Below, piece after piece: positions 19,677 to 28,663 of a stretch of DNA of 64,000 nt (positions are counted from its first letter, which is position 1; every line of letters begins with the position of its first letter). Under the pieces are notes generated by a model, which was not told the origin of the DNA, ran no database searches, and worked only from the letters and a program-made list of their open reading frames with translations. The stretch comes from a virus, in IMG/VR virus record IMGVR_UViG_3300032073_005220, positions 1 through 64,000 of that record; one strand, 5' to 3'. The position numbers were made by a program, and so were the translations under genes.

Positions 19677-20714
19677 ATGCGTAAAAAAATATTGCTTACA
19701 GGCGGCGCAGGATTTATTGGTCATCATTTTGTTGACTATATATTAACACATACTAATTATGATATAATCACCTTAGACAGATTAGACTACAGCGGTAATC
19801 TTAATAGGCTGCATGAAGTTACAAGCGAATTAAACAGATTAGAACGCAAGAGAGTCACTACTATATTCCATGATCTCAAGGCTCCTATTAATTCTCAAAT
19901 TTCTAAATCTATAGGAGATAATATATCTTATATAATTCACATGGCAGCAGGCAGTCATGTAGATAGGAGTATATCAAACCCTTTAGAATTTGTAATGGAT
20001 AATGTTGTAGGTACAGTAAATATACTAGATTATGCTAAAACTTGCGATAATCTTGAGAGATTTATATATTTTTCGACAGACGAAGTATTCGGCCCTGCCC
20101 CAAATAATATAAAATACAAAGAAAACGATAGATATAATTCTACCAATCCTTACAGTGCCTCAAAAGCTGGTGGAGAAGAATTGGTTGTAGCTTATGAAAA
20201 TACATACGGTCTGCCTTGCTACATTACTCATACAATGAATGTATTTGGCGAAAGACAGCATCCAGAAAAATTTATACCTATGTGTATATCTAATATACTT
20301 AGCGAGAAAACAGTAACAATACATAGCAATCCTGAAAAGACTAACGCAGGATCAAGGCATTATATACATGCTAAAGATGTCGCTGATGCTGTTTGGTTTT
20401 TAATGAATTATGATGAGCATAAATTAAAAGTTCAAGATTTTGGTGGGGCAAAGTGCCATAAGTTTAATATTGTTGGGTCAAAAGAAATAGATAATTTAGA
20501 ATTAGCGAATATGATAGCTACTCATCAAAACAAAAAACTAAAATATGAAATGGTAGATTTTCATACGGCTAGACCGGGGCATGATTTAAGGTATGCTTTA
20601 GACGGAAATAAAATGAAAAAGATGGGATGGAAACCTTCTTGTGTAGATAATAGGCTTGGGGAAGTTGTAGATTGGACTATAAATAATGACAGATGGCTTT
20701 TTAATAATTCCTAA
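19677..20714 (+). CDS. rmlB: dTDP-glucose 4,6-dehydratase
   Basis: TGGAGFIG, AAGSHVDRSI, STDEVFG, YSASK, RPGHDLRY. Confidence 0.9.
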   Translation: MRKKILLTGGAGFIGHHFVDYILTHTNYDIITLDRLDYSGNLNRLHEVTSELNRLERKRVTTIFHDLKAPINSQISKSIGDNISYIIHMAAGSHVDRSISNPLEFVMDNVVGTVNILDYAKTCDNLERFIYFSTDEVFGPAPNNIKYKENDRYNSTNPYSASKAGGEELVVAYENTYGLPCYITHTMNVFGERQHPEKFIPMCISNILSEKTVTIHSNPEKTNAGSRHYIHAKDVADAVWFLMNYDEHKLKVQDFGGAKCHKFNIVGSKEIDNLELANMIATHQNKKLKYEMVDFHTARPGHDLRYALDGNKMKKMGWKPSCVDNRLGEVVDWTINNDRWLFNNS

Positions 20715-20814
20715 CAAATTTCTAACATGCCGGAAATATTGAAAAGGGTATTATACAGCATCAAGGCTAACTGTAGCCTCTCGCCAAACTTCCCCATATA
20801 AGAGGAATTTAATA

Positions 20815-21774
20815 ATGAAAAATCGCAAAGGTTTTACTCTCATCGAATTACTGGTAGTTATTGCAATCATCGGCGTTTTAGTTGGATTATTATTACCTGC
20901 TGTTCAACAGGCTAGAGAAGCAGCACGAAGAATGTCATGTGCAAATAATTTAAAACAGCAAGGACTTGCTATGCACACATACATGGATGCACAAAGATAC
21001 TTTCCTGCTGCTGCATGGACTATAGATTCTGCTGGATCATCTCCTACTGGTAATCGTTCTGGTACAGAACATAGTTGGAGAGCATTCGTTCTTGCTAATT
21101 TAGAGCAAGGTAATACTGGTTATGACTTTAATAAAAACTGGTGGGAAAATACTCAGGCTATCTCTTTGAACGCATCTGTATTTATATGTCCAACAGCAGT
21201 TCCTCCTAATGGTGGTTATGCTAATATTGATGGGCCTACCAGAGATAGCGATAGTGCTGCACCAAGTTTAAATCCTAATAATCTTGGATATACAGATTAT
21301 GAAGTATTTACTGGCGTTAAAGATAAAATCTTTCCTGCTGCTAGCGATCCTTATGCGGCGAAGGATCGTAATGAAGGATGTTTAATTAAAGATGCTGTTA
21401 CTAGAGATGCTCATATTAGAGATGGGTTTTCTAATACTCTTATGATTGTAGAGTGTGCAAGTAGACCTGATGTTTATAAAGCAAGTAATGGTAGATCGCC
21501 AACAGGTGATACTAACCAGTGCATTGGTTGGGCAGATTCATTAGGGCCATTTAAATTACATGGTGTTGATTCTAATGGAGATAAATGTAAGAACTGTGCT
21601 GGTAATGTACCTTTTAATGTAATTAATGATGGTGAAGCATATAGTATGCACCCCGGCGTAATGAATTGCGTATATGCAGATGGTTCTACTAGAACTATTA
21701 ATGATAATGTAGATTTAAGAGCATTTGCTGCTGCTATTACCCGTGCAGGTGGAGAAGTACAAACCATTGATTAA
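20815..21774 (+). CDS. DUF1559 prepilin-type N-terminal cleavage/methylation protein (planctomycete family)
   Basis: [43 protein letters not shown]; DGFSNT; H-X9-DG motif [12 protein letters not shown]. Confidence 0.95.
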   Translation: MKNRKGFTLIELLVVIAIIGVLVGLLLPAVQQAREAARRMSCANNLKQQGLAMHTYMDAQRYFPAAAWTIDSAGSSPTGNRSGTEHSWRAFVLANLEQGNTGYDFNKNWWENTQAISLNASVFICPTAVPPNGGYANIDGPTRDSDSAAPSLNPNNLGYTDYEVFTGVKDKIFPAASDPYAAKDRNEGCLIKDAVTRDAHIRDGFSNTLMIVECASRPDVYKASNGRSPTGDTNQCIGWADSLGPFKLHGVDSNGDKCKNCAGNVPFNVINDGEAYSMHPGVMNCVYADGSTRTINDNVDLRAFAAAITRAGGEVQTID

Positions 21775-21952
21775 AAACAAAAGTTCTTGGATTATTATTG
21801 GGTTACTCTTTTTATATCTAATGATGCTTCTCTCTGTTCCAAGGGGAGAAGTATCTGATATGGAGAAAGTTAGACAGTGGAAACCTAGAGATTTTTATTT
21901 GGTCTACAAAATGTGGACTGATGAGGAATACAGGAATGTAAATGGTAAATAA
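21725..21952 (+). CDS. Small membrane protein (start uncertain)
   Basis: TM segment [15 protein letters not shown]. Confidence 0.4.
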   Translation: MLLLLPVQVEKYKPLIKNKSSWIIIGLLFLYLMMLLSVPRGEVSDMEKVRQWKPRDFYLVYKMWTDEEYRNVNGK

Positions 21953-22508
21953 CGATTATTTGGTTGATATGAGTTGGTGCGACTCTGGTGGATATTGTGA
22001 CTTTATGCCCATCAGAGGAGAAAATAATCTAGGATTTAAAAGTTTTAAAACAAAAAACAGGGCATTAGAATCTATAGATAATCAACTAAAATTAGCCGCA
22101 TTTGATCTTGCTCCGAGGGTCGCCACAGACCTGTGTAAAATTCCATACTCTTATGACCCAGAACTTTTAAAACATTGGAATCCAGAAGAAACTGTGACCT
22201 CTTGGGGCTATGTGACAGAGAAGGCTATGCTTGTTGATGTAGATGATACTCCTTATAATAAACTGCAATCTCTTGTGGATAATGTAAGAGATAAAACAGG
22301 ATTAAAGTTTTGGGATTGCCATTGGACGAATATCGGATATATTAAAAGAGGGCGTAGAAAATTATTAGTATGTATAGATACAGGTGCAGAAAGTTTCACA
22401 CCATATTGTAATGCTTGGGGCTATGAAGAACCGGGGCCAAAATGTCCATACTGCGACAAGTATCAATGTTATTGTTCTGTGGCTTTAACCCATGAGGATT
22501 GTGTTTGA
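21942..22508 (+). CDS. Minimal protein-kinase-like fold protein
   Basis: SGGYC Gly loop, GFK Lys, DCHWTN catalytic loop, CIDTG (DFG-like), C-terminal CPYC. Confidence 0.55.
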   Translation: MVNNDYLVDMSWCDSGGYCDFMPIRGENNLGFKSFKTKNRALESIDNQLKLAAFDLAPRVATDLCKIPYSYDPELLKHWNPEETVTSWGYVTEKAMLVDVDDTPYNKLQSLVDNVRDKTGLKFWDCHWTNIGYIKRGRRKLLVCIDTGAESFTPYCNAWGYEEPGPKCPYCDKYQCYCSVALTHEDCV

Positions 22509-23398
22509 TGAAATATGTTGTGACGGGTGGTGCTGGATTTATTGGTTCTAATTTAGTAGATAAGCTATTGTCTGAAGATCATAAAGTTATTATTATGGAT
22601 AATCTTTCTACCGGCAATATAAATAATCTTAGTGAAAAAGCCCGCGAATCTTTTATATATAAAGATGTTGCTATGGCTTTGCCTCAAGAATTAAATAGAA
22701 TTTGTGAAGATGTTAATGGTATATTTCACATGGCAGCATTGCCAAGTGTGCAATTCTCTATAGAAAATCCTATGAAAACCATTAATTCAAATTTAATATC
22801 TACCATTAAAATGCTGGAAGTGGCGAGAAAAAATTCTGCTAAATTTGTTTACAGTGGCTCATGCTCTTGTTATGGTAATGCTGATGAAATTCCCACGAAC
22901 GAGAAAGAAAGCATAAAACCTCTAAGTCCTTATGCCTTAAATAAATATCAGGGAGAAGAGTATTGTCAAATGTATTCTAAAATTTATAACTTAAATACTG
23001 TGTGTTTAAGATATTTTAATGTTTACGGATGTAGAATGACCAGTATTGGAGCATACAAAAGTGTTCTTAGTGTATTTTTAGACGCTTACGATAAAAAACA
23101 ACCACTAAATATAGTAAACGATGGTGAACAAAGAAGAGATTTCGTGCATGTATCGGATGTTATATCTGCAAATATAAATGCTATGAATTGTTCTGATCAA
23201 TTAAATATGCCTATAAATATAGGTTCTGGTAAGAATTATTCAGTAAACGAAATAGCTGATTTATTTGGTACAACAAAGAAATATGGAGAAAAAAGAATAG
23301 AACCAAAAGCAACCTTGGCAAATATATCTATAGCTAAAGATGTGTTAAAATGGCAACCTAAAACTAAATTAGAACAATGGATAAAGGAGCAATTATAA
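22508..23398 (+). CDS. NAD-dependent nucleotide-sugar epimerase (GalE/WbpP-like)
   Basis: TGGAGFIG, YALNK (YxxxK), LRYFNVYG, RDFVHVSD. Confidence 0.88.
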   Translation: MKYVVTGGAGFIGSNLVDKLLSEDHKVIIMDNLSTGNINNLSEKARESFIYKDVAMALPQELNRICEDVNGIFHMAALPSVQFSIENPMKTINSNLISTIKMLEVARKNSAKFVYSGSCSCYGNADEIPTNEKESIKPLSPYALNKYQGEEYCQMYSKIYNLNTVCLRYFNVYGCRMTSIGAYKSVLSVFLDAYDKKQPLNIVNDGEQRRDFVHVSDVISANINAMNCSDQLNMPINIGSGKNYSVNEIADLFGTTKKYGEKRIEPKATLANISIAKDVLKWQPKTKLEQWIKEQL

Positions 23399-23703
23399 TG
23401 CCTTATATTAAAGAGAATGCTAGAAAAGAATTAGATGACTGTATAGAATCTATGGTAGATTGTTTGACTCACGGTAATGAAGAATTAACAAGTGAGGAAT
23501 TTGCTGTTATTTGTGGGGAAATTAACTATACTTTTAGTAGAATAATAGCCAAAACTATTGGTCAAGTATCTTATACTAAAATTGCTATCGCTACTGGTGT
23601 ATTAGAGAATATAAAGCAAGAACTATACAGACGCATGGCATCTCCGTATGAAGACAAAAAAATTGTAGAAAATGGAGATATCAAAGAATACAAGGCCATT
23701 TAA
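23398..23703 (+). CDS. Conserved phage protein (DUF6899-like)
   Basis: MPYIK...GEINY...ELYRR...PYEDKKI.ENGDI. Confidence 0.65.
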   Translation: MPYIKENARKELDDCIESMVDCLTHGNEELTSEEFAVICGEINYTFSRIIAKTIGQVSYTKIAIATGVLENIKQELYRRMASPYEDKKIVENGDIKEYKAI

Positions 23704-24008
23704 TGGATACAGATAATCAAAAGCTACAAAAATCCATACTAGATAATAAAAAGAGTATACAAGATATACAAAAAGATAATAAAGATATTAAAAAAATACT
23801 ATCTAAGATAGAAAGAAATCTTTCTTTACTCGTCAATAAAATACAAGAGTTTGAAATTGTGTTTGATGCTGCTGAAATTATAGAAGAAGAAATAGAGCGA
23901 CAAATGGAGGATTATAATACGGAATGGTCTCCTTATGATGATGAGGATTTTAAACCAGAAGAATACGAAGATTACGATGCTGACGACGACAACACTCATG
24001 GATTTTGA
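23703..24008 (+). CDS. Coiled-coil protein with acidic tail
   Basis: Heptad-like N-terminus; D/E-rich C-terminus. Confidence 0.55.
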   Translation: MDTDNQKLQKSILDNKKSIQDIQKDNKDIKKILSKIERNLSLLVNKIQEFEIVFDAAEIIEEEIERQMEDYNTEWSPYDDEDFKPEEYEDYDADDDNTHGF

Positions 24009-24081
24009 GGATTGGTTTGAAATAGAAGATGAAGATTTAGAGTATCCTTTTCTTCCTTGTTGCGATTCAATTTGGATAGAA

Positions 24082-24123
24082 TAAAGATTAATGCTTGACA
24101 ACATCTATAGACGATGATATACT
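24082..24123 (+). promoter_or_regulatory. rIIA promoter: TTGACA-N17-TATACT with TAAAG and degenerate CTATA
   Basis: TAAAG 24082, TTGACA 24095, CTATA 24105, TATACT 24118. Confidence 0.8.
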
Positions 24124-24162
24124 TAGGCTATCACAGGACAATAACTTTTTGGAGACTATTAG

Positions 24163-26808
24163 ATGAAACTTGCAGATCGTACAGTTGAAATTCACTCAAA
24201 CGGTGTTGATGCTAGTAATCAGTTCAGCATTGCACAAACCAGCAAAATGTTTAAGATTTTGTCAGATTCATTATATTCTGACAAGGTAATGGCAGTTATT
24301 CGTGAACTGTCTACAAATGCCAACGATGCCCACGTTGCATCAGGCAATAGGAACCCTTTCAAGGTCAGCTTACCTACACAAGCCAACCCTAACTTTACGG
24401 TGAGAGATTATGGTACTGGATTATCTCAAGAAGATATGGAAGAACTCTATACAACTTATGGGGCTAGTAACAAGAATGACAGTAACGATTTTACTGGTTG
24501 TCTTGGTCTTGGTTCTAAGAGTCCATTTGCTTACACTAAAAGTTTTAGCACAACTTCTTTCTTCAATGGCAAAGCGTACAATTACATAGCGGCTATGGAC
24601 GAAGGCGGCGTTCCTAGTTTGAGTTTGTTCGGAGTCGCTGAAACTGATGAGCCTAATGGTCTTGAAATTAGTTTTGCAGTAAAGCAAAGTGACTTCCAAG
24701 AGTTTACTAATAAGTCTAAGAGAATATTCCATTACTTTAAGACTAAGCCAATGATGGAGGGTGGTACTTGTAATCTTCTTCAGAACCATGCGTATTCTCA
24801 TACTAATACTATTATAGAAGGGACTAACTGGCGTGTTGGTAGAATCTCTGATAATGACGACAAGTATCCTAGCACATATAACAGTCCCGGTGCTGGTATT
24901 GTGGCTATCATGGGTAATATTGCATACCCAGTAGATTCCGATAAGATTATCGGCAAAGAAGAACAACAGCAAAAGAGTGACGCTATCCAAAGATGGAACA
25001 GAGCGTTTAAGAAAGCAGACGTAGATAACTGGACTAACTTAGTCAAAGAGATTCTAAACTCTGGCATGTATCTTGAAATTACCTGCGACATTGGTGAACT
25101 AGAGATGGATGTTAGTAGAGAAGGTCTACAGTATACTAAGTCTGTTATTAAGACTCTTAGAGAAAAGACTCAAGACATTTATCTGCAACTCAAGAGCAAT
25201 ATGTCAACTAAGGTTGAAGAGTGTACTAATCTTGTAGATGCTTACCAGACATATTATAAGCTGGCTGATATTGCTGGTGGATATACCGCTGGTGCAGAGT
25301 GGGTCGATCCAGAAGGCAAGCAACACGATCTGTCTGCTGGTGAAGATTTGGATTATAAATTGGGTAAGCACAAACAGTTGTATGTTATTAATTATCGTAC
25401 TGCTAGTCATCGTTCTAAGAGAATGTTATATCTAACAGATAAAATCCATCACGAAAGTCTACAGGGTAGATCGTCTAATTATTGGGATAATAAGCGTAAG
25501 AGTAATCCTCTAGCCTTCTTTGTCTGCGATACTAGAAGTCCTGAGACTGCCAAGAAGATTGCTATTAGATATTGTAATCAGAATGATTGTATGGCATATC
25601 TTATGGTTGACACTCAAAATCCAGCAGAAGATTCTGGTGAGGGTTTCGCTAAACTTATCAAAGATATTGGTGGAGAAGAGAACGTCAAGAATATCTCTGA
25701 GTACCGTAGTCTGCTGCAATCTAGCACCAAGGGAAGAACTGGCACTGGTGCTGGTATGATTAGTAAGGACGAAATCTTTCTGCTAAAAAGTTCTAAAGAT
25801 TATCATACAGATGAGTGTTCTGATCTTAGCGGCAATAATCTTAATGACTCTAATATACTTAGTGAATTAAGTGATAGTCTGGTAGAAGGACTAGAAGATG
25901 CTGAACGAGTAATCTATGTTCCTATTACTAGATATAAGTCTGTTAGTCCTTATCCCGATCTTCATAAGATTTATAGTCTATCAAGTAAAGACAATGTTTT
26001 AGGTAGTGTGCTATTCAAGAGATATAATATCTATGCTATCAAACAAAGTTCAGTAGCCAAACTACAAAAGCAAGGTATCAATCTGGTTTGCTTTAACAAA
26101 TGGTTTAAGAGCAAGGCTGCAAAAATGTCTAAGAAATTAAGAGAAGAAGTAGGTAAGTATGATGCAGTCATAAACTACTGTGACAAAGAGTATTCTACTT
26201 CAGATTTTAAGAAGCAAAGAAGTTGGAGTAGTCAGCCTGAGCGTTCAGATAGAGTTGTAATGGCTAATCTTTTAAATATCTATGGTCTTGACTACAAAGA
26301 CTATATTAAAAATGAGACAGTCACTAAGGCTATGGATGAATGGCTACTTATGTACTACTTTGCTCAGGTTGCAAATAGTGAATACTTTAATCTTAGAGTA
26401 TTTAGTAGACAAAGACTTGAACAGCATGTAAATAACATAGCAAGTGAATACAATATCGTAGAAGACGCAAAGGATATTCACACCAAGATTCTTAAACTAG
26501 ACAATATGCTTTGTGAATTTAAGAAACTATATGGTTACGAAGAATTGCCATCTGGTAAGAAATCACGTAGTCAGGCAATCATCAAGACCCTGCCTAAGAT
26601 GGATGCTCTTAGAAAAATTCTTAAAGGTGCTATTGACAGTTCACCGATACTAAAGTATATTGTTAGTGGTAACGATGAGTTGGATATTGAGAAGATCAAA
26701 AATGCTGCTCCTACAGATATTCACAACAATGGTTACTATGGTCGAGACAAATGGTTTGACAATGTTGAACTCAGCGAACTGAGAACAGCAGTAGGAAATT
26801 TGGTTTAA
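24163..26808 (+). CDS. rIIA: RIIA-like protein (GHKL/Hsp90-like ATPase N-domain)
   Basis: LSDSLYSDK..VIRELSTNA.DAH, RDYGTGLS, GLGSKSPFAYT, SREGL; adjacent to rIIB. Confidence 0.9.
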   Translation: MKLADRTVEIHSNGVDASNQFSIAQTSKMFKILSDSLYSDKVMAVIRELSTNANDAHVASGNRNPFKVSLPTQANPNFTVRDYGTGLSQEDMEELYTTYGASNKNDSNDFTGCLGLGSKSPFAYTKSFSTTSFFNGKAYNYIAAMDEGGVPSLSLFGVAETDEPNGLEISFAVKQSDFQEFTNKSKRIFHYFKTKPMMEGGTCNLLQNHAYSHTNTIIEGTNWRVGRISDNDDKYPSTYNSPGAGIVAIMGNIAYPVDSDKIIGKEEQQQKSDAIQRWNRAFKKADVDNWTNLVKEILNSGMYLEITCDIGELEMDVSREGLQYTKSVIKTLREKTQDIYLQLKSNMSTKVEECTNLVDAYQTYYKLADIAGGYTAGAEWVDPEGKQHDLSAGEDLDYKLGKHKQLYVINYRTASHRSKRMLYLTDKIHHESLQGRSSNYWDNKRKSNPLAFFVCDTRSPETAKKIAIRYCNQNDCMAYLMVDTQNPAEDSGEGFAKLIKDIGGEENVKNISEYRSLLQSSTKGRTGTGAGMISKDEIFLLKSSKDYHTDECSDLSGNNLNDSNILSELSDSLVEGLEDAERVIYVPITRYKSVSPYPDLHKIYSLSSKDNVLGSVLFKRYNIYAIKQSSVAKLQKQGINLVCFNKWFKSKAAKMSKKLREEVGKYDAVINYCDKEYSTSDFKKQRSWSSQPERSDRVVMANLLNIYGLDYKDYIKNETVTKAMDEWLLMYYFAQVANSEYFNLRVFSRQRLEQHVNNIASEYNIVEDAKDIHTKILKLDNMLCEFKKLYGYEELPSGKKSRSQAIIKTLPKMDALRKILKGAIDSSPILKYIVSGNDELDIEKIKNAAPTDIHNNGYYGRDKWFDNVELSELRTAVGNLV
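26622..26661 (+). promoter_or_regulatory. rIIB promoter inside the 3' end of rIIA: TTGACA-N17-TATATT with nested TAAAG...ACCGATAC
   Basis: TAAAG 26622, TTGACA 26633, CGATA 26645, TATATT 26656. Confidence 0.7.
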
Positions 26809-26832
26809 GGTTTTTATCACAGGAGTTTAATT

Positions 26833-27672
26833 ATGAGTGTTCCTTTTATGTGGGTTGACGGTAACTTAACGGTGATCTTAAAAAATAAGGCTCACCAAGT
26901 AATTCCAGATCATACTAATTACAAGTTGATTTTGGAAGCACTACCAACAGCAACAGAAGATGAGTTGCTAGAACTGGTAGATATTGAAAAAGCTATTGCT
27001 ACTTTTAGTCAAGGACAAGTATCAATCGTAAATGGTAAAGTAATGTTTGAGGGCGAAGAAGTTCATGGTAGTATCAGTAAGAGAATTATAGAATTTATGA
27101 GTAAAGGCTTACCTTTTCAGCCTCTTGTAAATTTCTTAGAGAATCTTATGAAAAACCCAAGTATGCAGAGTCAGCAAGAACTGTATGATTTCTTGGAACA
27201 TGAGAATCTACCTGTTACTGAAGACGGATGCTTCCTTGCATACAAAGCAGTCAACAGTGACTTTAAAGACAAGTGGAGAGGAACATTCGACAATAAGGTT
27301 GGTCAGGTCTGCGAAATGCGTCGAGCAAAGGTAGACGACAATAGAGGTAGAGGATGTTCTGCTGGACTTCATGCCGGGGCATTAAACTATGTTGCAAATT
27401 ATGGGAGCGTGGACGCTGGTGACAATATTGTGATTGTTAAAATCAACCCTGAAGATGTTGTCAGTGTTCCTAGCGATTGCAACTGTGAAAAACTTCGCAC
27501 TTGCAAGTATGAAGTAGTCGGTCTTTATCAAGGAGAATTGCCAAAGCCTCTTTATAAGGCTGAGTTTGAGGCAGATTCTTACGTTGATGAAGATGAGTAC
27601 TCAACAGTTTATGACGAGTATGATGAAGACTACTGGGATCAGTTTGAAGACGAAGACGATGAAGAATTTTGA
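26833..27672 (+). CDS. rIIB: RIIB-like protein
   Basis: NPS...LYDFL...TEDGCFLAYK, CSAGLH, VKINPEDVVSVP.D...KLRTCKYEV. Confidence 0.93.
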   Translation: MSVPFMWVDGNLTVILKNKAHQVIPDHTNYKLILEALPTATEDELLELVDIEKAIATFSQGQVSIVNGKVMFEGEEVHGSISKRIIEFMSKGLPFQPLVNFLENLMKNPSMQSQQELYDFLEHENLPVTEDGCFLAYKAVNSDFKDKWRGTFDNKVGQVCEMRRAKVDDNRGRGCSAGLHAGALNYVANYGSVDAGDNIVIVKINPEDVVSVPSDCNCEKLRTCKYEVVGLYQGELPKPLYKAEFEADSYVDEDEYSTVYDEYDEDYWDQFEDEDDEEF

Positions 27673-27675
27673 TAG

Positions 27676-27740
27676 TCTGTGATTTCCTGTGATAGTAGGT
27701 GAGCAATTAGGGCTAAGGTGGTTCGATCCCACCACACCTC
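27676..27740 (+). ncRNA. Candidate small RNA: antisense box TCCTGTGATAG followed by a tRNA-like mini-domain
   Basis: T-arm GGTGG-TTCGATC-CCACC (27717-27733) enclosed by AGGTG/CACCT; no anticodon arm. Confidence 0.45.
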
Positions 27741-27820
27741 TTTAGTAAGGTTGATTATATATTTTTACGGGGTATTATAAGATAGTCAGATTCGTTTCTA
27801 TACCGTATGAGGCATGTGTT

Positions 27821-28237
27821 ATGTACGATCCAGACCCAGAACATTATGAATATGATGACGATGACTTTCAAAATTATCCGCATGAATATAATGAGCATGG
27901 CTATCCTAAAAATTTTAAATTTGATTGGAGTGCTTGGGAGTCTTGGTTAATGGACGCTATAAAAGATATTCAAGAAGATAATAATAGTTGGTATCTTGGA
28001 CATTATAAAGCAGAAGAAGAAAAGAGTAGCGACAAAAAATCATCAACTGGTGGGTCTTTGAACAATAAATATTTTATATATTTAGGAAGTAATAGTTTTA
28101 AAGAGCCAATATGGAAAACAAAGTATTTTGTTGTTGATAAAATACAACAAGAATATAACGCTCATATATCAGCCCACGCGAAACACTTTTTATTACAACC
28201 ACAATATTACAAATCAATGTTCGACATACTGAACTAG
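27821..28237 (+). CDS. Hypothetical protein
   Basis: ORF with acidic N-terminus; GAGG RBS. Confidence 0.55.
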   Translation: MYDPDPEHYEYDDDDFQNYPHEYNEHGYPKNFKFDWSAWESWLMDAIKDIQEDNNSWYLGHYKAEEEKSSDKKSSTGGSLNNKYFIYLGSNSFKEPIWKTKYFVVDKIQQEYNAHISAHAKHFLLQPQYYKSMFDILN

Positions 28238-28244
28238 GAAAAAA

Positions 28245-28646
28245 ATGCAAGATGAATGGCTAGACATAGTTAACTTAGATAAGTTGGTTAACTTTAGCAG
28301 AAAAGTTGTTTACGCTAATTTAGGAGAGGAGTACAGTGATGTCTCCGATGCTGGTTTTTTGGAGTTGGTAGAAAACATGCCAGAAGATCAAATGTCAGAG
28401 TTAGATAATCTTCTGTCTATGCCAGAAGCAAGGGCCATATTCAAACCATTTGTTAAACACAAAAGAAATAAAAAAACATTGAGCGTTAAGGTAACTATGT
28501 TAGAGTCAGACTATGATAATGTTTTAAGACAACTGAGTGAAAGAATGATATCTAATATCGTCAGAAACTTGGTCAAGAAAGGATTAGTTGAATCTGCATT
28601 TGACGAAGATAAGAATGATTTTGTTTTTTGGATTAAAAAAGATTGA
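28245..28646 (+). CDS. Hypothetical protein (paralog of 4653)
   Basis: Shared N-terminal L.NF...V and C-terminal motif. Confidence 0.6.
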   Translation: MQDEWLDIVNLDKLVNFSRKVVYANLGEEYSDVSDAGFLELVENMPEDQMSELDNLLSMPEARAIFKPFVKHKRNKKTLSVKVTMLESDYDNVLRQLSERMISNIVRNLVKKGLVESAFDEDKNDFVFWIKKD

Positions 28647-28663
28647 AAGAAATTGGAGCAAAA

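Noticed and set aside
24421-25759. Several antisense or out-of-frame ORFs within rIIA, and similar shadow ORFs elsewhere
   Set aside because: No motifs or RBS; expected by-products of codon bias on the coding strand
27676-27745. Functional canonical tRNA
   Set aside because: No anticodon arm, only a 5-bp closing stem and no CCA; kept only as a tRNA-like element
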